DNA of 64,000 bases from Macrostomum lignano (Eukaryota). Of the stretch, positions 11,801-21,807 are shown piece after piece. Positions within the stretch are counted from its first letter, which is position 1, and each line of letters begins with the position of its first letter. A model generated the notes under the pieces. That model searched no databases, had not been told where the DNA came from, and saw nothing but the letters and a program-made list of their open reading frames with translations. The position numbers and the translations under genes are program-made. Where the stretch lies: assembly GCA_002269645.1 (NCBI GenBank), contig NIVC01003380.1, positions 9,210 to 73,209 of the forward strand, written 5' to 3'.

Positions 11801-13064
11801 TACTTCACTTCAATTTTTACAGCCCTTCTATGAGTCCATCAAACCGGGAGGCTCATTCAAATCGGTCGAATTGATGGGCGGATGGCTTGTACTGCCGGAC
11901 AAGCCCACGGTGACCGCTCGAGGCAACCAACGCACCGGTAGGCCAAGCAGCAGGGTCGACTGGCAACTCCGAGAGTCCCAGGATATGGAGCGGGTAATTT
12001 TTAACTCTGAGTTTTAGCACCGCTACTGTGTAAAAGTATAAACTTCTGTCATGTCATGATTAGTGTATTAACGCACTTATATATATTTATAATTCTCTCC
12101 AGGACCTAGTCCAGTTGGCTTCAAGCCTGCACCGCTCCTTTCTTGCGCGATTGGAGAAATGCTGCGTCAGGGATCCGTCAATTGTCCTGGATGCAGCATC
12201 TGCCGTTAGCCTGTTGACTGCCGAGGACATCGAAGAGGCAGTCGAGAATGCAACTCATGCCGTTGAGATGAAGCACCTCGTCCGCCTTGCTGAAAAGCAC
12301 GAGCGTCTCGCACCGCACGTGAAGTCGTCCCTATCACGGAAGTATTTGGAGGCTTTTATCACGACTATTCACGAGGCATTCATCTCAGGCGACGGCCGAG
12401 ATAACTGGCTCACACCTGCTGTACAGGGTCGCATTATTAAGGTCTCTGCGGAACCCCGCAAGTCAGGCGATCTGGCGCTTCGACTGCGACTGACTACAGA
12501 GCCAGGCGAGTCTGTCTGCGCCACGCTTAACGAGTCAGCAGTATATGCGGCTTTTTACAAGGACCCTCGGGTTTATTCCCGCGCTGGTCAAGCCACATGT
12601 CTGTTGCTCGACTTTGCTCTTCACCGCGGCGGCACAGGTGAGCATGAGCTAGTCTGAAAAGTTTTAGGTATGCAGAATTTTAATACTTTGTAATTATGGA
12701 AACTTTCGTTTTTTTAGAAGTGATTGTCGAATCCTACTACGCGACAATACGCTCGCAGCAAAAAATCGGCGGTCAGCTCAACGACACGCTCGAGGTAAGA
12801 ATGAAGCTGCGCTGGATGCTGCTGCCAGTGGGTACCAGTGCCAATGAGCGACTCTTGGGACGAGCTGCGAAACTTTATTACACTGGCGACAGTCAAAGAA
12901 GCTTGCGGCAACACCGTGGACCACTCTTCTTCGACCCCAAAGCCCGCGCTCGCAAGAAGTATGAATCTAGCAAAGTGATTGATCGGCGCCGGGAACAGGG
13001 TAGTCGGTGTCTGTTCGTCGGAGCCGATAAGTCTCTGTCAGAATCGTTGTCTGAAAACAAATGA
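8807..13064 (+). CDS. Multi-exon hAT-like DDE transposase with N-terminal zinc-finger-like motifs; start exon(s) upstream uncertain
   Basis: GT-AG-bounded exons at about 8807-10058, 10166-10497, 10600-10887, 10992-11337, 11439-11724, 11823-11993, 12103-12637 and 12719-13064. Motifs: RKRK, CLSC...HCKSQH, CVPC...HCSTSKTH, HYETLMSLL...IGH, TITCDKST (D1), IVADGQY (D2), WDAAHYLNLAV (CxxH-equivalent), QRFTSS, IVESYY (E). Confidence 0.8.
9259..9655 (+). repeat. 18-bp coding tandem repeat (CAGCAGCAGTCATCCGAT)n, about 21 copies, encoding (QQQSSD)n
   Basis: Directly visible and in frame within ORF 9001-10062. Confidence 0.95.
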
Positions 13065-13440
13065 ACTTTTTAATAGGTAATTAATACATAAATTTTAAAT
13101 CTGTAAATTGCAGCGTTTTTTTGGGTCCTCAATTTTGGCGTACGCTTTTTTTGGGCTATTCAATTTTGGCGTACGTCAAAAAGCGCTTTTTTAGGGCTTT
13201 TCAATTTTGGCGTACACAACATTTTTTCTTAATTTTCATTCCGGCGTACACTGGACACCTTCCTGACTATGGACAACGGAGCGTGCACACACCTTCTTTA
13301 AGAGTGCCCAAGTAGGCTCCTTTTCAGCGCGCAAGCGCAAACAAATTTGACAAGCACGTACAAATGCATAACAACTTTTGTGCAAGAATTCCATCTTGGC
13401 CTCAGGGCAAAGAAAATGCATAAGGCTATGACTTTTGATC

Positions 13441-13900
13441 CCATAGTCCGGAAGGTGGCTTTTACGCCGGAATTTTCCGGCGTAATTTTGCACTCGCTGA
13501 CAATCTTGGCGTACATTTGGCGTATAGAATATTCAGGTTCAACATGAAGTGTAAACAACTGGCATACAAGAAATAGAAAAGTTCAGGGCTGATGCAATCG
13601 TGTAGTTAAATATCAATTAACCAAAGCTCTTCTGAATATAAACGGTTAACAAAACAGAAAATATTAACGAAATTTACGAGAAAAACAAAATTAAAACAAA
13701 GAATATTAGTTTTTGGAAAAAATCAGCCGTTTTCAAGTAAATAATTATTTTTAAGTTTTAAAAAATACAAATTCTTTAAAAAGTTGGCGTATAAACAACT
13801 TTTGACTTGGCATAAAAAAATTTTGAACTTTACGTCGGCGTAAAATTGAAAAGATACAAATTTTCACTCCGGCGTACGCCTGCCATGATCCGGACTATGG
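13441..13900. mobile_element. MITE of the CCATAG-TIR family (element C)
   Basis: Ends CCATAGTCCGGA / TCCGGACTATGG; 8-bp TSD TTTTGATC / CTTTGATC. Shares the TACGCCGGAATTTTCCGGCGTA palindrome with element B. Confidence 0.8.
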
Positions 13901-14230
13901 CTTTGATCTAGGCTAGGGAATGCCAAGGTCAAGGACTGAGAGAAAACTTATAGGAGTAAATAGAGTAGACTGTGCCATTAGACCGCTCAGGCCAAAGAGT
14001 ATAGTATATGTATAGACACGGCAATCCTACACTTCCGTTCGGTAAATTATTTTCACATTTGAATTCGTACCACTGAGTCAAATGACGTTGATTGGCAATG
14101 TGTCTATGGCCAAAAGTTTGAGCGAACAGAGTTTAAAGGGGTGTCAGTTTAAGGGAGCTGTTGCTTGTGAGCTGCTCATTATTGAGCTTCAATTTCTCAT
14201 ATCTTCCAGTCTTCATTGCCATGGAGACAT

Positions 14231-14347
14231 GTCCACACCAACACCGTGGAGGGCACATGGGCCCACGCGAAGCGCAAGATCCGCAACATGCATGGCACGA
14301 GCGACGCTCTCTTCGATGCACACATTAAGGAATTTCTCTGGCGTCGT
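14231..14347 (+). pseudogene. Merlin/IS1595(ISXO2)-like transposase C-terminal fragment
   Basis: Translates VHTNTVEGTWAHAKRKIRNMHGTSDALFDAHIKEFLWRR, matching the HTNxIEGxW...EFxWR signature of this family. Not in the supplied ORF track. Confidence 0.7.
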
Positions 14348-15143
14348 CTGTATCCCCAATGTCCATTTGGGGCTATCCTGTACTAGGCATTCTGGTGAGG
14401 TTTTTGAAGTTCTAAGATTAACTTTTTTTTTATTTTCTTAGATAGAGCATATATGTATGAGTAAAAGGACACCTCATTTTTGAAAATTGGTCAAATAATA
14501 AAAAAGTTATGACATTTTAATTTTTTTATTTTTTGTCCCCTTTGTAATGTATTTTTCCCATAAGGCTCTGTGACACTTTTTCACGAAACTATCACATTTT
14601 TTTACTTTAAATTGGCATAACTTTTTTTCTACTAGATGATTTTTTTTCAGCAAGGTGTCATTTTTTTGCTTCTTTCTCATTCTATACAATGATTATGTCC
14701 ATGTTGTTTGGTTTAAATTTTGTTATAAATAAACTACTGGGAAGTATGACATAACATTGATATTTGTGGAGAAAAAATGATTTATAAAGAATGTGTAGGA
14801 TTTTTTATTGGATTTTTTACCTACTTTTTATATTTCTATCATCTCAGCCTTACAAGTTCCTTCTAGAGTGCATTAATACCTTTAATTAATGCATTAGATA
14901 ATTATTAATTAATGAATTAATTAGTGAATTAATGTGTAATAAATGAATTATTTGATTAATAATATACTTATACACATCCATAGGCAATATAACTCAAGTG
15001 CAGCTTGGACATAGTACTCAGGATATAGTTATGGTCACATTGACATGTCAATTGAAAATAGTATAATGAAAGTACTCATTGAACCAGTTCTTGTCTTCAT
15101 TACAGCTGAATTCCGATTTTAACTTCGTCAATATTCAATCACC

Positions 15144-18100
15144 ATGTCTGACTCTGAGTCAGCTAACCAGCTAACCCAGGGCCAGGTTACTGTACAAGCT
15201 GCACTGGATGTTCTCAAGTGCAGCAACCTGGAGATGCTTCTTCAGATGCTTGGCATCAGTGGCGAGACTGGTGGCGGTGCTGTGAAGCCCAACTCGGTTG
15301 TGAAGCGCATCCAGCGCCTGAAGGTCCAGCTCGCCAGGCTCAAGAAGAATGGACAGCGAGGGGCTGCTGAAGTTCAAGCATTGCTGCACAGCCCATTTCT
15401 GACTGTGTCAATGCCAGCAGCTGCTGCACAACCTGGGCCATCTGCAGCCTTGCCCTCAGGCTCTGGTGCTGGTCCTCCAGCGTCATCCACCAGTGGCAGT
15501 GTCGGAGCTGACACTGCAGCTGTCACTGTAAGCAGTGCTGCTGATGTTGCCACAGTCAGCACTCCTTGCCAACTTCGTGTGCTGCTGCCTGGCACTGCCG
15601 CTGACGAGGCAACACCAAGAAGATCAACGTCATGTGCCAGTCCAGCGCTGTTGATTAAGCGACAGCGGCTGGATTTGTCGTCGGAGATGCTGGCACAAGA
15701 ACTGTCAGGTGCAAAGGTAATTCTTTCCACTTCAATAATAATAGACTTTACTTCAATAATTAATTAATAAAAATGGCTCCTGATTTTGAACAGTGAACTA
15801 CTGATGCTCTGAGACCCTACCCATTTAAAACTGTTTTCTACACTACAGTCTGCAAGCTTCGATCTTTCGTCTGAGGTCGCCAAGCTCCTCAAGGTGGTCG
15901 AGCAGAAGGATGGCGAGATTGCACGTCTAAGAGGTGCGCTGCAACGACGGCCAACAGCGCGAGTGTTGAAGCAGCGCCTGAAGAGGTACCAAGACCGCCT
16001 GCATTCTGCCAAGTGTCAGGCTGCCACTGCAATGGCGGCCGCTGGAACTGCGCAGCGCCAAGCGGCAAAAAATTCGCATGACGTGGTGACTGCTCATGCA
16101 TTTGGCCGGCTTCGCCGGCTGAACACAACACTCGAAGTGCAGCTCAAGGAGCTGAGACGGCAGGTGCAGCGCTTTCTGGGCATCGAGCGCAGGCTGAAGT
16201 TTGCCAGATCAACAATTTCAGCACTTCGGAATGACATACGCAAGGTGCATATTGCGCTTGGTGAGGCCAATGAGAAGCTACTGCAAGCTCAGCAGCCTAA
16301 ACCACACGTCATTGCGACGATGGAGACCCGCCCAGCTGATGAAGGCTGCCAGGCTCTCGGTGGGCGTCGGTACACGCGCCCAGTGATCGAAGCATGTGTG
16401 CACTTGGTGCTGGCGAACCATGTGCCAGTTAAACACGTGCCTTGCGCCATCCGCACAGTCCTTGGGACTATTGCCGAATTTAACGTTGCCAACCTTCTCC
16501 TGCCATGTCCATCGCACATCAGCATGATAACCTATGCAGTTGGCAACACCCTCGCCAAGACCGCAGCGATGGAGGAGATTCTGGGGGCGGTCGCTGACGA
16601 CCGAGGCACGTCACTGAAGACCGACGGGACGTCGAAGAAGGGCCTCCACTTCGCAGAATATGAGGTTAGTGTTGTACTTTTGCTGTGATCACTGATCAGG
16701 GCAACTGAATAGTGGATTAGCATTTGAATTTAATTGACAGCTGTCAGCAACTTTTTTGTTTTTTATAGTCCTGATCAACTTTTAGAGTTTCTGTCCTCCA
16801 TTTTATTTTCATTTCCTTTTCCAACTTTTACAATGACAGGTTGACACTGGTGACGGTCGCCAGTACACTCTCGGCGTTCGCGAGGTGGAGGGCGGTACGG
16901 CTGCAATGTACGCACGCGAACTTGACGGTGCCGTCGACGACATGATTGACGCATACGTGGCACTGAAGCTGCCGGCGTCCAGTGCCGAAGAACGGCTCCA
17001 GCTGAAGGCGACGCTTCTTCTGCGACTCCGGTTCATCATGACGGACCGTCACGTGGTGAACCGCAGCCTGCGTGTGATGCTGGATGAGATGCGAACCGCC
17101 CTAGCTGATCAGGTCGGCGAAGATGCTCCAGAGCCAGTGGTACCGTTGTACTGCGGCATGCATCTCATTGTTAACCTGGCAGCTGCTTCTGAGTCTGCGC
17201 TGCGTGAATTTGAAGCCTGCGTGTCTGTTGCACCAATTGGGGCTGCCGCTTTGCCAGGTTTTCACCCATCAAAGACCGAGTCTGGCACACAGCGCCTGGT
17301 GCGCACAGCCTGCAAGGCGCTTCACCGGAATGGCAACGAGCAGTGTGGCGTTGCTGGGCCTTTCGAGGCATTCATGAGTTCGAGACCCAGAGGAAGGTTC
17401 ACCATGGAGGACTTTCGTGGCAACAGGTAAGTTTTTATTTTTTGTGTACTGTTTAAGTAGGTAATGTTTCGTACTACTTTAGTACTTATACTGATGTAAA
17501 AAGGTTCTTACGTGAAAAAGATATGAAAAAGTCTTATGTGAAAAAGCTGTTTTTTTTCCAACAATTCACAGGGCTTATGTTCTGTTTCCCAATGGCGGCA
17601 GCCTGTTCTGGCAGCGCGAGGACATCGCACAGTTTCTGGTGCAGTATCCCGCCAGCAACCGCCTGCTGTTTGCTGTTCAGGCAGACATCAGCTCTCGAGT
17701 CCTCCTGGCTGGCTGTCGAGCTCTAGGGTTCCTCGACCTCATCCTGCTCCGGCCTCTCTGGTTGCTGCTACGTAGCAAACGTGTCTCGATTGTCGACATG
17801 AACGAGAAGTACGAAGTTCTCTGCCAATGGCTGCGCTCCATTGCTCTGGCACCTGACTTCGACACAACGCAGTCAACATCTGGTCCTTTTCCCGAGCTGA
17901 TGCCGCAAGTTTTACTTGGTGCAGAGGCCCAGGCCATCTGGGAGTGCGTCACGTCCGAGGAGCTGCTGGAGGCAGACAACGTCCTGACTTCCCAGGCAGT
18001 GAAGGTTGGTTTATATACCTGGATTGCTGTACTGCTGAATGATTGCATAGTGAATTAATGGAAACCTGCGTGTATGCATGCCATTTGAAAGAATGCTCAC

Positions 18101-19473
18101 AGATGGCCTCACAAACATAAAAAATAATACAGTCTACAAATACGATTATTATTGCGTGTGTCTCACGAAAATGTTATTTTCTCTTTATTTTCTCATTTCA
18201 GACTATGTGTGCATTCATGGCCATCCTTGTCGAGCGCGAGGTGAGCGACCATTTGCCTGGAGGCCTCCTTCGCAATCTTTCGGACAAGGACGCTCAGCTT
18301 GCTGCCTCAGCACCGAAGGACAATGTGTCCGGAGAGCGTGCATTCGGCAAGCTTGACTACGGCATCCGTGACAAGCCGAATATGCGGCCGCTCGCAAGAG
18401 AGTCGCTTGTCATCTTTGGCCAGAATGCAACCGCCAGTTGGCTGAGTGAGAAGTCGACGCAGGAGCGCAACACTCTTTTTGACCGAGCTCGGGCCATGTC
18501 CCAGAAGCTGGAGAAGCAGTGGCGTGATCAAGGCCAGGTGATCAAGGAGTACCGCCAGGCTATTCTGCAGCAGCGCTTTGCCACAAAGCAGAACAAGGAG
18601 GAGGCCCGAGCGCGTAATCTCCGGAAGGTGTACCGCGAGGCCGGCGACTATGGTGGACTTTGGGCGACTGAGCAGCAGTTGGTGCAGACTGCAGAGGCTC
18701 TCCCATCGACTGAGCTGGAGCTGGCTCTGAAGGCCCAGTTGCGCCTTCATCGAGCAATGAGTAAATAAAATTCTGCTCTGTCAATGCAATGTTGCAGTTA
18801 GATGTTTAAAAACTTACAGTTACACTTGCAAGTTGCATACAAATACAATAGATGTTATTACTCTCAACTTTTTTTCAACACAGAGACTCCGCTGCCGGCT
18901 GGCAAGAGTGGCCTGCTCAACTTCAGCTCACGTGGCGTCAAGCGTACGCTGAAGCAGCTCCAGGAGCAAGTCTCCGAGCTCATCACCATCGTCAGCGCAT
19001 CAGATGCCAAGACCAACGCCGAGTCAGAGGTAGTCACTGAGGCCGAGGGCGAAATTCTCCCAACTGCCAACTGTGCAGCGAAGATCAGCGAGCTCGTGGC
19101 AAAGAAGCTGCAACCTCCTGCTCCCCGGCAGCCAAACAGACCGAATCGCGGACAGCGGCAGCAAACTGAAGGTCGTGGTCGTGAAAAGGAGACTGACAGC
19201 GATCGTGTGGTACACAATGAGGAGGACGTGCAACGCACACTGAGCAACATCCCGGAGCTCGTCGGCACGAGAGTTGAAGTACTCTTCAGCTACACTGATG
19301 GGGACCAGTGGGAGGAGGGTGCTGTTGTACGGCAGCTCCCAGCAGCCCGTGGTAGCCGGGACTTTCTGGACCGCCGGTTCACAATTGTCTTCGACAACTA
19401 CCCCAACGAGCACTTTGAGTACGATCTGTATAAAGATTGGCTGGGGTCCACACTCAATGTTCTCTCCGATTGA
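15144..19473 (+). CDS. Six-exon DDE/CxxH transposase with C-terminal Tudor (Spindlin-like) domain
   Basis: Exons at about 15144-15716, 15851-16663, 16840-17427, 17572-18004, 18202-18760 and 18883-19473. Motifs: GGRRY, LKTDGTSKK (D1), IMTDRHVVN (D2), YCGMH (CxxH), FRGNR.YVLF, CRALG, KDNVSGERAFG.LD (E). No stop codons seen in the spliced path. Confidence 0.82.
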
Positions 19474-21807
19474 TTCATTGATTGATTCCAATTGATTGTT
19501 TTGCGTGACGCCTGCATTCTAACCTCCCACACACACTGCCTCCCACACACACTGCCCCCAGCCTCACTTATTGACACCATACAATTACCAGACAAACAAA
19601 GACCTGCTAATTGTTGTTGTATTTTTTTTCTAGCATTCATGCCCTCTACATGCCAGTTGCCAGCAGTATATAACCAAGTTGCAAGCTGTACATATAAGGC
19701 ACAGTTGGCATAGTTCTCTGTATACCATAGTTTAAAGATTATTGCATCAGCGTTCTTTTGCATTGTGATGATAACTTCTTGCATATGATCGAACTCTAAG
19801 AGGTCCAAAATGGCCTCATCAGGCCAAGTATTTAAACAATGCAAAAAAACATCAACAGCAATCGCAATGTCCTGTTGTTACTTGCTACTTACTGCTGGCC
19901 ACTCGCTACATTTTTCATGTCATTTTGTCGAATGTTACTTTAATGCTGGTATGCTGGTGTTATATGTATATATATATATATATATATTGATGTAGTGCAG
20001 TAACTTGTTGTCATACAGCTGAGCCAGCAACGTGTGTGCTTGCCGAGTGAGCAAGTAATGTGAAAATAAATAAGACTCACAGATATTCATATATGACAGT
20101 GTGTCTATATCTGTATACATACGTATCGAAATCGTTTTTTTATTAAAAGTGTCACAGTCAAGCAATGTGCACAAATTGATAAATATGATTACAATGCAAA
20201 TTGGAGAAAGATGCTGCACACGAGTTGATCAATGGTTGTGCTACCGGATCCAGGGCCAGGGTGGTCTGAAATGCAACGTAGGGTGGTTTACTTTGAATCA
20301 GTCGCGCGTTGTTGCGCGTTAAGATAGCTCCAAAATTATTTTTGCATCTTATTCACCATGAAATCCTACGTAAAAAACATCGTGTCACCACCCTGTCACC
20401 AGTCTTGTTTCGAGTCAAAAATTTTAGTTGAAGACTTTGGACTAATATTTATAGAAGAAAAATATCTCAATTTTCTTTGCATTGCAGAAGAAATATATTC
20501 CGTAACTATTAATCTTTGTTTTACTGAAAACCGCTTATCAAAAAAAGCACTCGTTTTGATGCAATTCAAATTTCTGTCGGTCACTTAATTTTCCCGTGTT
20601 GTCACAGTTTCCAAAGCATGGTGAATTTGTTTGTTTTTCAAATTACCGTAGCTTCACTATTTGACATTGTAGGAACCTCCAAGTAGTCTCAAATTAAAGC
20701 TTAAATCTCTCTCTTCAGGACATATATTTCCGTTTTTCTTAACTCTCTTGGTTTTCTAGTTTTTTTATCATATGAAGTTGGTATCATTTAGCTCTTTTTA
20801 GCAGATTTTGCTCGGCACGCACAGGTCACGTGACCCTCACCAGAATGCCTACCTGTACTGGATTGGACATTACTATCCATTGTAGACACCTTAATGACCT
20901 GCAGACACACTCTAAGTGACTATGCGCTCTAACAGACTGCTACCATGTTCCACTGTTTTAGTTTTGTTTGGTTACATTGTTATTTACCACGCCTGTTCAA
21001 AATTCAATGTCAAAATAATTTACCGAACGGAAGTGTAGGATTGCCTATAGACACTACTAATAGGTATAAGTACATTGATACAAAAGTACATTAATAGAGA
21101 GAAGTTTAACCATGCCTATTACAACTTTGGTGGCTAATTACTGAGATATTAATAGAGGGAACTAACCCCTACATCAACTTTGGTGGCATTGTGAGATTAT
21201 TTATAAATACAAAAGGTTAGCCCTTTGACAATAGGATTATTCTAAGGGACAAAAGTTAGCCCTATGCTACATTCAAGACCAATGCTTGCTTATTTTTTGG
21301 GCAAATACTATATACGATTTAAAGTGTGGCTAGGCTAGGGCTATCTTAGCCTTAGGCATATGCTTCTCATTGTCATTGGCATTAATTAATTAATAAGTAA
21401 GTCTTAATAATAAATAGGCCTAATATTAATAATAATTATGTTCTAGTTCTATCCCTACCCTAAAGTAAGCCTAAAAGCCTAGGCCCTAAACTAGCTAAAC
21501 TAATATTTTATGAAAGAAAATCAAATATACTAAAAATGAAAATTTTACTCTAATTATATATTACTTTAATTTTATAGATTAGATTAGAACTAGACTAGCT
21601 TTTATTTACTTAATTAACATTACAAAACTATCAATTTGTCTAACTCGAAGTCAGGCAAATGGCAAATTTATGACATGAGATAGAACTGCCTAGTAGGCTA
21701 AACTTTGCAGACTGACTAACTTGATAACTTACCATTACCAATAAATTCGATGACCATACATCCCTAGCCAAAGCAAAGGGCTAATGTGCTATATACAAAG
21801 GCGACAG

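Larger units (their letters stand above)
6990..13272 (+). mobile_element. hAT-like DNA transposon, possibly autonomous (element B)
   Basis: 20-bp perfect TIRs CCATAGTCAGGAAGGTGTCC; 8-bp TSD ACGATGGA / ACAACGGA (6/8). Subterminal GGCGTAC repeats at both ends; encloses a spliced transposase. Confidence 0.88.
14020..21045 (+). mobile_element. DNA transposon with 9-bp TSD (Mutator/MULE-like by TSD), possibly autonomous
   Basis: TIRs of about 45 bp with the first 34 bp identical (GGCAATCCTACACTTCCGTTCGGTAAATTATTTT); perfect 9-bp TSD TATAGACAC at 14011-14019 and 21046-21054. Confidence 0.92.

Noticed and set aside
19800-19830. Hammerhead ribozyme candidate (CTGATGAG on minus strand)
   Set aside because: No GAAA after the putative stem II; the motif is just a GGCC-TGATGA-GGCC hairpin.
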